Assembly (NCBI RefSeq): GCF_045627485.1
Contig: NZ_JAZQNU010000050.1
Coordinates: forward strand, 1,031-65,030
Length of the DNA: 64,000 nt
Reading direction: 5' to 3'
From: Pedobacter sp.
GTDB lineage: Bacteria; Bacteroidota; Bacteroidia; Sphingobacteriales; Sphingobacteriaceae
Numbering within the stretch: position 1 is the stretch's first letter; each line of letters starts with the position of its first letter. Of this stretch, positions 1 through 9,430 are shown piece by piece. The notes beneath the pieces were generated by a model. It was not told where the DNA came from. It saw only the letters and a list, made by a program, of their open reading frames with translations, and ran no database searches. Made by a program: the position numbers and the translations under genes.

Positions 1-1
1 C

Positions 2-916
2 ATCAGGCGTTACGGTAAGAACTCAGAAACCATTGATGTAATCTATGTAATTGGTGACAAGGGCGTATTGTTAGACGATATCAGGATTCGCGAGATCCTA
101 TTGGCAAGTCCTGATGTACTCATAGGCGACCTCGCCGATAACCGTACCATTGCGTTAAAAGCAAGCGACCCTCAGGAAGAAGCGATTAATGTATTCCGGA
201 TGAATAACCGGGTGGCGCTTCCGGTAGTAGATGATCATGATATTTTATTAGGTATTGTTACCGTTGATGATATCCTTTGGGTAGCTAATGAAGAGTACAC
301 CGAGGATATGCATAAAATAGGGGGTACCCAGGCACTAGATGAGCCTTACCTCGATATGCCTTTACTTGGCTTGGTTAAAAAGCGGGTGGGCTGGTTAGTT
401 ATTCTATTTTTAGGAGAAATGCTGACCGCTACTGCGATGGGTTATTTCGAGGCTGATATTGCAAAGGCAGTTATCTTAGCCATGTTTGTGCCTTTAATTA
501 TTTCCAGTGGTGGTAATAGTGGTTCACAAGCATCGACGTTGATTATTCAAGCAATGGCGCTGGGTGAAATTACCATAGGCGACTGGTGGAAAGTAATGAA
601 GCGTGAGATCCTTTCAGGATTAATACTTGGTATTGTGTTAGGTACCATTGGTTTTACCAGAATCTTCGTGTGGACATTGTTTACAGATATGTATGGGCCG
701 CATTGGGTGCTTATTGGTTTAACCGTAGGGGTAGCGTTGGTTGGTGTAGTGTTATGGGGTTCGCTCGCGGGCTCTATGCTTCCTTTATTGCTTAAGAAGC
801 TAGGTGCTGACCCTGCTACGTCTTCTGCGCCATTTGTGGCTACCCTGGTTGATGTAACCGGACTTATTATTTATTTCTCAGTAGCAGTGATGTTTTTAGA
901 AGGTATACTGCTCTGA
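2..916 (+). CDS. mgtE: Magnesium transporter MgtE (5' truncated by window edge)
   Basis: Frame is open from position 2. CBS-domain segment followed by MgtE TM motifs ([32 protein letters not shown]). Confidence 0.95.
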   Translation: MRRYGKNSETIDVIYVIGDKGVLLDDIRIREILLASPDVLIGDLADNRTIALKASDPQEEAINVFRMNNRVALPVVDDHDILLGIVTVDDILWVANEEYTEDMHKIGGTQALDEPYLDMPLLGLVKKRVGWLVILFLGEMLTATAMGYFEADIAKAVILAMFVPLIISSGGNSGSQASTLIIQAMALGEITIGDWWKVMKREILSGLILGIVLGTIGFTRIFVWTLFTDMYGPHWVLIGLTVGVALVGVVLWGSLAGSMLPLLLKKLGADPATSSAPFVATLVDVTGLIIYFSVAVMFLEGILL

Positions 917-960
917 CCTGATCCTTTAAGTGTTTAATTTTGCACTGTCAAATCTGCCTA

Positions 961-1001
961 TAACAAAAAATGCAGCTTTTTAGAAGCTGCATTTTTTGTT
1001 A
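961..1001. terminator. Bidirectional intrinsic terminator between convergent mgtE and ychF
   Basis: Perfect inverted repeat TAACAAAAAATGCAGCTT-tttag-AAGCTGCATTTTTTGTTA with A and T tracts on both sides. Confidence 0.9.
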
Positions 1002-1042
1002 TTTACAACACCGTTATAAACAAAATATCAATTGGTCACCAA

Positions 1043-2137
1043 TTAAACATTGAAACGGAAGTGCATAATATCACCATCCTCAACTACATATGTTTTACCT
1101 TCTACGGCAAGTTTTCCAGCTTCTTTACAAGCATTTTCTGAACCAAGGGTAATAAAGTCATTGTATTTAATTACTTCTGCACGAATAAAACCTTTTTCGA
1201 AGTCTGTATGGATCACACCGGCAGCTTGTGGAGCGGTAAATCCTTTAGTAATGGTCCATGCTCTTACTTCTTGTACTCCCGCTGTAAAATAGGTGTATAA
1301 GTCTAACAGGCGGTATGCTGCAACGATTAGTTTGTTAACTCCCGATTCGGTTAAACCTAAGTCGGCAAGAAACTCCTGACGTTCTTCGTAACTATCCAGT
1401 TCGGCAATTTCCGATTCTATTTTAGCTGAGATTACAAGTACTTCTGCACCTTCGTCTTTTACAGCTTCCTTAACTTTGTCAACATATGCATTTCCATTGA
1501 TCACAGAATTTTCATCCACGTTGCACACATACATTACAGGTTTTTGAGTTAATAAACCCAGATCCTCAATATAGTCGAAATCATCATCATTCAACGCTGC
1601 CGAACGTACGGAATTTCCGCCTTCCAGGTGTGCTTTTACGATGCTCAGGATGTCGAAAGTTCTTTTGGCATCCTTATCGGTTTTAGCCATTTTTTCCACT
1701 TTCTGGATGCGTTTGCTCACCGTATCCAAATCTTTTAGCTGAAGTTCTGTATCGATAATTTCTTTATCCCTGATTGGGTCTACAGAACCATCAACGTGGA
1801 TTACATTTCCGTCGTCAAAGCAACGCAATACGTGAATAATGGCGTTAGTGGCACGGATGTTTCCTAAAAACTGATTACCTAAACCTTCTCCTTTGGATGC
1901 ACCTTTTACCAATCCGGCGATGTCTACGATTTCTATAGTGTTTGGCACCACCCGGTTTGGTTTAACCAACTCTGCAAGTTTGGTTAGCCTTTCGTCTGGA
2001 ACAGTAATAACGCCAATATTAGGTTCGATGGTGCAAAAGGGGAAATTTGCTGCCTGCGCCTTTGCGTTAGATAAACAGTTAAACAAGGTAGATTTTCCAA
2101 CATTAGGTAAACCCACTATACCACATTGTAATGCCAT
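1043..2137 (-). CDS. ychF: Redox-regulated ATPase YchF (Obg family)
   Basis: GIVGLPNVGKSTLFN, NFPFCTIEPN, DIAGLVKGAS, C-terminal TGS domain. Confidence 0.98.
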   Translation of the reverse strand: MALQCGIVGLPNVGKSTLFNCLSNAKAQAANFPFCTIEPNIGVITVPDERLTKLAELVKPNRVVPNTIEIVDIAGLVKGASKGEGLGNQFLGNIRATNAIIHVLRCFDDGNVIHVDGSVDPIRDKEIIDTELQLKDLDTVSKRIQKVEKMAKTDKDAKRTFDILSIVKAHLEGGNSVRSAALNDDDFDYIEDLGLLTQKPVMYVCNVDENSVINGNAYVDKVKEAVKDEGAEVLVISAKIESEIAELDSYEERQEFLADLGLTESGVNKLIVAAYRLLDLYTYFTAGVQEVRAWTITKGFTAPQAAGVIHTDFEKGFIRAEVIKYNDFITLGSENACKEAGKLAVEGKTYVVEDGDIMHFRFNV

Positions 2138-2163
2138 GAATGTATTTGTGTTAATTTTGGCGC

Positions 2164-2171
2164 AAAGGTAT
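2164..2171 (-). promoter_or_regulatory. Bacteroidota housekeeping -7 promoter element for ychF
   Basis: TACCTTTG on the minus strand matches TAnnTTTG, 26 nt upstream of the start. Confidence 0.7.
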
Positions 2172-2225
2172 CAAAAAAATTAAAACCCGGGTGTAATAAA
2201 CTTGCAGGGGGTTTAAAAATTCTTT

Positions 2226-2756
2226 ATGTTTAAAGACACAAAAATAGATCAAACGTCATTACCAATGGACAATTTAGAAGAAACAAAAGGGGAGCTTTCA
2301 GAAGAACTTCCTCAACAGCCTTTAATCATTACCGAAGACATCAGGAGTTACCTGTACGATATGGCTAAATGGACAAAATTCTTGTCAATTGTAGGATTCG
2401 TCGTTGCTGCACTTGTGGCGATGATGGGCTTTGGAGCCGGGGCTTTTGTGTCAGTACTGGCTAAAATGAGTCCGGGAAACCCACTTGCAGCCATGGGAAC
2501 GGGTTTTCTAACTGTATACTTTTTAGTAATTGCCCTATTGTATTTTTATCCAAGCTTATTGTTGTTTAAACATGCAAACGCTGCAAATAAAGCAACACTT
2601 TATGGCGACCAGGAAAGCCTGGCAGAGTCCATGAACAACCTGAAATCTTTTTTTAAGTTTTGGGGTATCCTAATGATTGTATTAATTTCATTCTATATGC
2701 TCACCCTTATACTCGTTATAGTAAGTGGTCTGGGTGCTGCAGTGGGTACTGCTTAA
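2226..2756 (+). CDS. DUF5362-like membrane protein
   Basis: Three hydrophobic segments; AKWTKFLSIVGF and LKSFFKFWGI patterns resemble DUF5362. Confidence 0.7.
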   Translation: MFKDTKIDQTSLPMDNLEETKGELSEELPQQPLIITEDIRSYLYDMAKWTKFLSIVGFVVAALVAMMGFGAGAFVSVLAKMSPGNPLAAMGTGFLTVYFLVIALLYFYPSLLLFKHANAANKATLYGDQESLAESMNNLKSFFKFWGILMIVLISFYMLTLILVIVSGLGAAVGTA

Positions 2757-2771
2757 TGTTATTAGCTTATT

Positions 2772-2808
2772 AAAAAAAAGGCCAGGGGGTAAACCTCTGG
2801 CCTTTTTT
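2772..2808. terminator. Bidirectional intrinsic terminator
   Basis: AAAAAAGGCCAGGGGG-taaa-CCTCTGGCCTTTTTT between convergent genes. Confidence 0.85.
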
Positions 2809-2830
2809 GTATATCAGCTGTACATCGGTA

Positions 2831-3526
2831 TTAGACAAATACTGGTGTTTTGTGCTCAATGGTATATTTAAAGTTCTTAATTTCTTTCCGCAACAGGTGT
2901 TCAAAGTAGGGATTGATCATTTTGGACAGTCCCACGCCAATACCGCCGATAATTGGGCGGTAGGAGAGCACAATTTTTAATAGCGTCCCTCGTCCATCAA
3001 GAGTTTCCTCAAATTCCACTCGCCCTACATGTTGTACCAGCGGCGCATTGATGGAACGCCAGCCAATTAAGCGTCCTGGTTCGTCTTTCACAATTTCTGC
3101 ATCCCATTTAATAGCGAAAACATTGCCCAAAACAGCAGTTTTCCAGGTAGACAAATGTTCATCCACCACTTCTACGTTCAGCATGTTGTGTAGGGTGCCA
3201 GGCAGGTTTTTTAAGTTCCGCCAGTAAGCATATACCTCAGCCGGAGGAAGGTCTATCTCAAAGTCACCCCTGATGTTAACGGCCTGTGGTCTTTTCGCGT
3301 CAATCCCCAGGTAATCGTAAAATATACATTTGCCGGTCACCCCGCGGTAGGCCATGTAAGCACCATAAAGAAAGCGGCCTTTTAATGGATTTTTTAACGA
3401 CGATCCAATTAAAATGCCACCTAATAGCATAGATGCCAAACGTTCGTTAAGGCCCATATTTTCATAATGTTGCCTCTCGATGGCATAATTTCCAGACCGG
3501 GGCTTAAAGTGATTTTCAGTCTTCAT
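2831..3526 (-). CDS. DUF2892 + SRPBCC (cyclase/dehydrase-like) domain protein
   Basis: N-terminal ERLAS..RGVTGKCxxYxxLG (DUF2892-like); C-terminal VYAYWRNLKNLP..WDAEIV..IGWRS (SRPBCC). Confidence 0.85.
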   Translation of the reverse strand: MKTENHFKPRSGNYAIERQHYENMGLNERLASMLLGGILIGSSLKNPLKGRFLYGAYMAYRGVTGKCIFYDYLGIDAKRPQAVNIRGDFEIDLPPAEVYAYWRNLKNLPGTLHNMLNVEVVDEHLSTWKTAVLGNVFAIKWDAEIVKDEPGRLIGWRSINAPLVQHVGRVEFEETLDGRGTLLKIVLSYRPIIGGIGVGLSKMINPYFEHLLRKEIKNFKYTIEHKTPVFV

Positions 3527-3770
3527 AAGTTTGCTTTTTAATTACAGCGCCCAGCGCGTCAATTTGTTGAGGTGAGAGTGTTCCCCAGATTTGTTCCCAT
3601 TGACCTTTTTCGTTTGGCCTCAGTTGAGTAACTGTTTTTCCACCCTGCTGGCAGCTGTAATAGGTTACTCCATCACTAGTCTCTTCAGGTCTTACCTGGA
3701 AAGGCTGCGTGCGACCGTCAAAGTCAACTTCGATCTTAAATTCGGGGTTTTGTGATTCAAATTCTGTCAT
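3516..3770 (-). CDS. Small hypothetical protein coupled to the SRPBCC gene
   Basis: 84-aa ORF overlapping the next start by 11 nt, preceded by the AAC-N16-TGTT element. Confidence 0.75.
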   Translation of the reverse strand: MTEFESQNPEFKIEVDFDGRTQPFQVRPEETSDGVTYYSCQQGGKTVTQLRPNEKGQWEQIWGTLSPQQIDALGAVIKKQTYED

Positions 3771-3794
3771 CTTTAGGGGGTTGTGTTAGATTAA

Positions 3795-3817
3795 AACAGA
3801 TAAAGCCACCGAGTGTT
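3795..3817 (-). promoter_or_regulatory. AAC-N16-TGTT element (putative ECF-sigma promoter)
   Basis: Minus strand AAAC-actcggtggctttatc-TGTTTTAA, 24 nt upstream of ORF 3770. Confidence 0.55.
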
Positions 3818-3960
3818 TTAAGGAGGCCGAAAAAGATCCGATTAGCGGCGATTTCTGCAGCCTGTAGCAATGCACTTAAAACATCAATAATCAATACGTT
3901 ATAAATATTTTAAACTAGGTATAAATACCAAAAAAAATGGCGTATCTTTGCGCAAATTTT

Positions 3961-4407
3961 ATGAAGAAAATAGTAGATTACAGAAAATTGTTAGGTGTAC
4001 AAAAGGATGCCGAGCTTAAAGAATTAAAGACCATTTACAGGAATTTAATGAAAGATTGCCACCCTGATAAGTTCCAGGACAATGAAGAAGCTAAAGTAGA
4101 AGCGGAACATAGAAGTAAAGATATCATTGAAGCTTACCACTTTTTAGTGAGTATTGCACCGGAAACGCTTGCCTTATCAAAAGAAGAGTATGACCAAACC
4201 ACAGGATTTTGCGGCATCGCAGATTTTACCTGGGAAAAAACAGTTTTAAAAGTGCATTTCCTTGACGGTAGTGGTTACGAATTTTTTGAGGTTCCACGTG
4301 CCGTTTATGTGAAATTAGTTAATGCAGATTCTCCAGGCCGCTTTGCGCGCAGACACATTTTTAGCGTATTCCCTTACAGGAACATTGCAAAAATGGAAAC
4401 CGCGTAA
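3961..4407 (+). CDS. J-domain (DnaJ) + KTSC domain protein
   Basis: YRKLLGV..CHPDKF J-domain with HPD; C-terminal LKVHF.DGSGYEFFEVP..VY..L..A.SPGRF KTSC pattern. The -7 element TATCTTTG at 3943-3950 supports the start at 3961 rather than 3937. Confidence 0.9.
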   Translation: MKKIVDYRKLLGVQKDAELKELKTIYRNLMKDCHPDKFQDNEEAKVEAEHRSKDIIEAYHFLVSIAPETLALSKEEYDQTTGFCGIADFTWEKTVLKVHFLDGSGYEFFEVPRAVYVKLVNADSPGRFARRHIFSVFPYRNIAKMETA

Positions 4408-4451
4408 GTTACCATCACGATATATTTTTTTAGCCTACTTTAGTCCTGTTT

Positions 4452-5402
4452 TCAGACTTTAGTAGGCTTTTTTGAGTTTTCCTGGATAGAATCACCTCCT
4501 GTTTCTACCTCCACTTCTCTTGTTGTTACCGCATAGGCGCTTGGGTGGATTTGAGTACCATACTTCACTGCATAGGCCTTGGTGAATTCTGCACCAAAGT
4601 AAAGAATGATTGATGAGTAATACGTCCATAACAGCAGGATGACCAATGAGCCCGCTGCACCGTAAGTACTACCCACATTACTTTTACTGATGTAAAAAGA
4701 GATCCCAAACTTACCAATCATAAATAATACAGCGGTTACAATGGCCCCAAGGGCCACATCTCGCCATTTGATTTCAGCGTCTGGCAGTACTTTGAATATC
4801 ACGCCAAAAATAGACGAAATTACTACCAGGGTAACGATCTGGTTGATAATATAAAACAACACTACAGATACGTCTGCAAACCTCGCTGCCAGTCTGTTGC
4901 TAAAACCATCGATAATTGCTGTAACACCTAATGATACCAACAGCAGGAAACCTAAACTGATGATAACCGAGAATGATAACAGCCTGTTTTGTATTAATTT
5001 TAACCAACCTTTTTTTGGTTTGGGTTTTAATCCCCAAATGGTGTTAATGGAATCCTGAATCTCCGCAAAAACTGTGGTTGCCCCCACCAGCAGGGTAGCA
5101 CCACCAATCATAATGGCGACCAGACTTTTACCACTAATGGCTGCTTTTTTTATCATGTCTTGCAACTGACTTGCAGTGTCTGGCCCCAGAAAACCTGCCA
5201 GCTGTTGATAAATTTGCCCTTCTATGGCTTCCCTTCCAAGAAAAAAGCTACATATTGCAATGATCACGATCATTAACGGCCCCATAGAGAAGACCGTATA
5301 ATAGGCTAAGGATCCGCTTAGTTTCGTTACTTTATGATCCGAAAAGCCACCAAATGCATCTTTTAGAACTTCCCAGGACCCTTTTAATGTAATTTTTTTC
5401 AT
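4452..5402 (-). CDS. YihY/virulence factor BrkB family membrane protein
   Basis: SLAYYTVFSMGP, multiple TM segments, STYGAAGSLVILLLWTYYSS. Confidence 0.92.
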   Translation of the reverse strand: MKKITLKGSWEVLKDAFGGFSDHKVTKLSGSLAYYTVFSMGPLMIVIIAICSFFLGREAIEGQIYQQLAGFLGPDTASQLQDMIKKAAISGKSLVAIMIGGATLLVGATTVFAEIQDSINTIWGLKPKPKKGWLKLIQNRLLSFSVIISLGFLLLVSLGVTAIIDGFSNRLAARFADVSVVLFYIINQIVTLVVISSIFGVIFKVLPDAEIKWRDVALGAIVTAVLFMIGKFGISFYISKSNVGSTYGAAGSLVILLLWTYYSSIILYFGAEFTKAYAVKYGTQIHPSAYAVTTREVEVETGGDSIQENSKKPTKV

Positions 5403-5433
5403 AATATCGGATTTAATTTAGCGTATATTTAAG

Positions 5434-5457
5434 AACAAAGTTCTAGTCAAAGTAGTT
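5434..5457 (-). promoter_or_regulatory. AAC-N17-TGTT element (putative ECF-sigma promoter)
   Basis: Minus strand AAAC-tactttgactagaactt-TGTTCTTA, 31 nt upstream of the yihY start. Confidence 0.5.
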
Positions 5458-5529
5458 TTTAAAGAATGTTTGTTAATTAATGATTAATAAAAAATAATAC
5501 ATTTACTTCTGTCTCTTAACAACAAAAAG

Positions 5530-5967
5530 ATGAAAAGAATATTTAATACAAATTATAACCACCAAAGTTTAGATTTTGGATTGTTAATTTTTCGAGTTGG
5601 ATTTGCTTCCATTATGTTAATGCAGCACGGCTGGAAAAAGCTGGGTGTTGTATTGGGTGGTGGGGAAATACAGTTTGGTGATCCGGTAGGCTTAGGTATG
5701 ACCGCATCTTTTTACCTGGTTATTTTTGCAGAAGTTTTCTGTTCTTTACTTGTCATATTAGGCCTTTTTACGCGACTTGCAGTGATTCCACTTATTATTG
5801 CGATGTCTGTAGCTTGTTTTATTGCTCATAGTGCCGATCCCTTTTCAAGACAGGAACCGAGTTTAATGTTCTTGATTGCCTTTATATTCCTGTTGTTTTC
5901 CGGACCTGGAAGATATAGCATAGACAGTATCATTTCCCGTAATACCAATAAACGCAGAACTTTTTAA
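5530..5967 (+). CDS. DoxX family membrane protein
   Basis: LLIFRVG..HGWKKL, AEVFCSLLVILGLFTRLA, GPGRYSID. Confidence 0.92.
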   Translation: MKRIFNTNYNHQSLDFGLLIFRVGFASIMLMQHGWKKLGVVLGGGEIQFGDPVGLGMTASFYLVIFAEVFCSLLVILGLFTRLAVIPLIIAMSVACFIAHSADPFSRQEPSLMFLIAFIFLLFSGPGRYSIDSIISRNTNKRRTF

Positions 5968-5980
5968 CAAACTTCATGTT
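5957..5980 (+). promoter_or_regulatory. GAAC-N16-TGTT element (putative ECF-sigma promoter)
   Basis: GAAC-tttttaacaaacttca-TGTT, 48 nt upstream of small ORF 6029. Confidence 0.5.
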
Positions 5981-6028
5981 AAATTAAGTTAAAGTTCACC
6001 TTGTAAATGTAGGTTAGCTCAAAATATT

Positions 6029-6193
6029 ATGATGGAAGACGTAAATTTCAAAATTGTTATCGGTGTTGTATTTGTTTTGTTAGCCATATGGCTCATCATC
6101 AGGCGGCAGAATCATAAGGATAAAGAAGACTTGGAAGAACATATCAAAAACTCAGACCTGAAGAATGATAAACATGATAACCCTCATGTATAG
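6029..6193 (+). CDS. Small single-TM protein (54 aa), not in ORF track
   Basis: Hand translation MMEDVNFKIVIGVVFVLLAIWLIIRRQNHKDKEDLEEHIKNSDLKNDKHDNPHV. One clean TM helix followed by RR and a charged tail; fills the intergenic gap. Confidence 0.75.
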   Translation: MMEDVNFKIVIGVVFVLLAIWLIIRRQNHKDKEDLEEHIKNSDLKNDKHDNPHV

Positions 6194-6221
6194 AATTTAA
6201 TATTTCGTCGTTATAGCTCAT

Positions 6222-6821
6222 ATGAACAAAGTTTTTTCAATTTGCTTGCTAGCGGTAACGCTATGGGGCTGCGGAATTAATAAACAAACACAACAGATCA
6301 AAGCCCTTGAGAAATGTACTTATAGAATTGCATCTGCAAATCAAATCTCCATTGCTGGTACGGATGTAAGAAGTATTCTTGAAAAAGATAACATTAACCT
6401 GGGCAGCTTACCAGGTTTAGCTTTAGGCGTTTTAAGGAAAGACATTCCGATGCGGGCGAAAATAAACCTTGAAATTTCCAATCCAACGGCAAACCTTGCT
6501 TCCGTAAATGAGTTTGAATATAAAATTCTAATTAACCAGGCTGAGATTGCAACGGGTTTTGTAAACCAACAAGTTGTGGTAAAACCGGGACAAAGCACCA
6601 TAGTGCCGATAGATATTAACGCCAATGTTTTTCCTTTTCTAAATAACAAAAAAGTGATGGATGAACTGTCCAGATTTTTCAAAGCGGGTAAAGGTGGTCC
6701 TGAACAAAAAGGAATTGTTACTTTAAAGATCAAACCTAGTTTTATGATTGGAAAAACCCTGGTTAAATACCCTGGTTTTATCACCGTAGATAAAGAGGTA
6801 AGCAGCAAAATCCTCTTGTAA
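6222..6821 (+). CDS. LEA_2/WHy-domain lipoprotein
   Basis: Lipobox LWGC; beta-rich LEISNPT..ASVNEFEYKILIN..IATG..VVVKPGQSTIVP pattern. Confidence 0.75.
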   Translation: MNKVFSICLLAVTLWGCGINKQTQQIKALEKCTYRIASANQISIAGTDVRSILEKDNINLGSLPGLALGVLRKDIPMRAKINLEISNPTANLASVNEFEYKILINQAEIATGFVNQQVVVKPGQSTIVPIDINANVFPFLNNKKVMDELSRFFKAGKGGPEQKGIVTLKIKPSFMIGKTLVKYPGFITVDKEVSSKILL

Positions 6822-6886
6822 AATCTTTATAGCAGCTCTTGGGTCTTTCTAATTTTTAATTAAATTGGGAACATCAAATATATACA

Positions 6887-9328
6887 ATGAGTTTCAGGTC
6901 CTGTAGAGCGTTTTTACTTCTTTTAATTGCCCCATATTGCCTTCATGCACAAGATGTGTCTATGGATGCCGCCACCATCAAACAAGGTTTAGAGGCCTTA
7001 AATGTAAGTGGGAGCGTATTGTATCTTGCTGCCCATCCAGATGATGAAAACACCCGTTTGCTGGCTTATCTTGCTAAGGAAAAGAAGGTACGCACAGGGT
7101 ATTTGTCGCTCACTAGGGGCGATGGCGGACAAAACCTCATCGGTACAGAACAGGCAGATTATTTAGGTTTATTGCGAACACAGGAACTTTTAGCCGCAAG
7201 AAGGGTGGATGGCGCCGAACAATTTTTCACCCGTGCCAACGACTTCGGCTTCTCTACTAACCCAGAAGAAAGTTTCAAGATCTGGGATAAACAAAAAATA
7301 TTAAGCGATGTGGTTTGGGTGATCCGTAAATTCCAGCCCGATATTATTATCACACGTTTCCCACCTGACTCCAGAGCCGGTCATGGTCACCATACGGCAT
7401 CGGCCATGTTAGCCCAGGAAGCCTTTAAAGCAGCTGCCGACCCTCGTCAGTTTCCTGAACAGTTGAAGTTGGTTAAACCCTGGCAGGTTACCCGGGTGGT
7501 ATGGAACACTTTCAATTTTGGCGGTAATAACACCACTTCCGAAGAGCAGTTGAAAATAGATGTAGGGGGGTATAATGTACTATTGGGTAAAAGTTATGGC
7601 GAACTTGCAGCCGCCAGTCGCTCCAAGCACCGGAGCCAGGGGTTTGGGTCTGCTGCCCAGCGTGGCACTGCTCACGAGTATTTTTATCCTCTTGCTGGCA
7701 AAATTGCAAAAGCTGATCTATTTGAAGGGATAGACTTAAGCCTTAATCGCCATGCGGGCATGGCTAAAGTACAGCAACTGCTTGACCAGGTTATTAAAGA
7801 TTACCGGGTTTCGAATCCTGCAGCTTCTCTGTCCTCGCTTTTAGCCTTACGACAGGCTGCAAAGGCACTTCCTTTTAAACACGAATTATTAGATGAGCTT
7901 ATTCTAGCCTGTGCAGGTATTTGGATAGAAGCCAATGTAGGCGCTGGAGTATACGCAGTTACAGCGCCTATACCCATGCAGTTACAGGTGGTGAACCGCG
8001 TTCCTGTAAAGCTGCCACTTCGTTTGCGTTTTACCAGTGGTAGTTTTAACCAGGAGCTTGTTTTGCAAGCTAACGAAATGCAGTCGGTTAAGTTCAATAT
8101 TCCTCCGTCAACTTTAGAAACAACACAGCCATACTGGCTGGCACAGAAACACCCTCTTGGAAACTATATTGTTGATTCTTTGGCCTTGCGGGGTCTGCCG
8201 GAGAATCCTGATCCTGGCGTTTTTCAGCTATCGGTTTTCTTTGGCGATGAAGAAATTAAGGTGCAACGGCCACTGGTTTATAAGTTTACAGACCCTGCCA
8301 GGGGCGAGATATATCAGCCACTTGTGGTTGCTCCACCGGTAACGGCAAACCTGTCGGAAACTGCAGCCTTATTTTCAGGCACCGAACCTAAAACCTTTAG
8401 TGTGCGCTTACGCAGCTTTAAGGATAACGTTAACGGTGTTTTAAAACCTGTAGTACCGGAAGGCTGGACCGTATCGCCTGCTCAAATCGACTTTAGCATC
8501 GCAAAGAAAGGTGCAGAAAGAAATTTCGACATCACCGTTCGTGCTGGTGGAACACAACAAACCGGTGTGTTGTCTTTACAACTCAATGTGGATGGTAAGA
8601 CCTATCAGCAGGGGCTGGAAAGGATAGACTTTGAGCACATTCCCCTGCAAACCGTATTTCCGGAAGCAGAGATAAAACTGGCACAAGCTAATCTGAAAAT
8701 TTTGCATAAGCGCATTGGTTATATATCAGGGGCGGGTGATTTGGTGCCGCAAGCTTTAAAGCAGGTGGGGTACGAGGTTACTCCGTTGAGCGTAAATGAA
8801 GTGCTTTATACCAATTTATCGCGTTTTGATGCTATTGTTACTGGGGTGCGCCTTTATAACGTGAATAACCAAGTTAGCGCCATGCAGCCACGTTTAATGA
8901 AATATGTAGAGGAGGGTGGTACCCTGCTGGTACAATACAATGTTAATAACCCTCTTAAGATAGATGAATTAGGTCCATACCCTTTTCAGTTGAGCCGTAA
9001 CCGGGTAACTGATGAACAATCGCCCGTAATTTTTTTAGCGCCCGATCATCAGGTGTTAAACTATCCGAATAAAATTACGGTGAAGGATTTTGAAGGTTGG
9101 GTGCAGGAGCGGGGGCTTTATTTTACGACGGCCGCCGACCCTAAATATACTTCTATATTAGCAATGAACGATCCCGGGCAAGCCCCTCAAAATGGCTCGT
9201 TGATCGTTGCCAATTATGGTAAAGGAAAATATGTCTATACCGGCTTGTCATTTTTTAGAGAACTGCCAGCAGGAGTTCCTGGTGCTTTCCGTTTGTTTGT
9301 GAACCTGATTGCTAAACGGGAAAACTAA
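6887..9328 (+). CDS. Exported PIG-L/LmbE family deacetylase with C-terminal class I glutamine-amidotransferase-like domain
   Basis: Signal peptide; AAHPDDE, TRGDGGQN and HGHH metal-deacetylase motifs; C-terminal YISGAGD..GGTLLVQYN. Confidence 0.88.
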   Translation: MSFRSCRAFLLLLIAPYCLHAQDVSMDAATIKQGLEALNVSGSVLYLAAHPDDENTRLLAYLAKEKKVRTGYLSLTRGDGGQNLIGTEQADYLGLLRTQELLAARRVDGAEQFFTRANDFGFSTNPEESFKIWDKQKILSDVVWVIRKFQPDIIITRFPPDSRAGHGHHTASAMLAQEAFKAAADPRQFPEQLKLVKPWQVTRVVWNTFNFGGNNTTSEEQLKIDVGGYNVLLGKSYGELAAASRSKHRSQGFGSAAQRGTAHEYFYPLAGKIAKADLFEGIDLSLNRHAGMAKVQQLLDQVIKDYRVSNPAASLSSLLALRQAAKALPFKHELLDELILACAGIWIEANVGAGVYAVTAPIPMQLQVVNRVPVKLPLRLRFTSGSFNQELVLQANEMQSVKFNIPPSTLETTQPYWLAQKHPLGNYIVDSLALRGLPENPDPGVFQLSVFFGDEEIKVQRPLVYKFTDPARGEIYQPLVVAPPVTANLSETAALFSGTEPKTFSVRLRSFKDNVNGVLKPVVPEGWTVSPAQIDFSIAKKGAERNFDITVRAGGTQQTGVLSLQLNVDGKTYQQGLERIDFEHIPLQTVFPEAEIKLAQANLKILHKRIGYISGAGDLVPQALKQVGYEVTPLSVNEVLYTNLSRFDAIVTGVRLYNVNNQVSAMQPRLMKYVEEGGTLLVQYNVNNPLKIDELGPYPFQLSRNRVTDEQSPVIFLAPDHQVLNYPNKITVKDFEGWVQERGLYFTTAADPKYTSILAMNDPGQAPQNGSLIVANYGKGKYVYTGLSFFRELPAGVPGAFRLFVNLIAKREN

Positions 9329-9430
9329 ATGGGAAATGAAAGAAACTGGAATAGAATATACTGGCTGCTCATCATCTGGTTGGGTCTAATTGTTTTAATG
9401 TTGTACTTTTTTACCCATTACTTTGCATGA
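9329..9430 (+). CDS. Small single-TM protein (33 aa) between deacetylase and symporter, not in ORF track
   Basis: MGNERNWNRIYWLLIIWLGLIVLMLYFFTHYFA. ATG directly follows the upstream TAA, and its TGA overlaps the symporter ATG (ATGA). Confidence 0.8.
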   Translation: MGNERNWNRIYWLLIIWLGLIVLMLYFFTHYFA

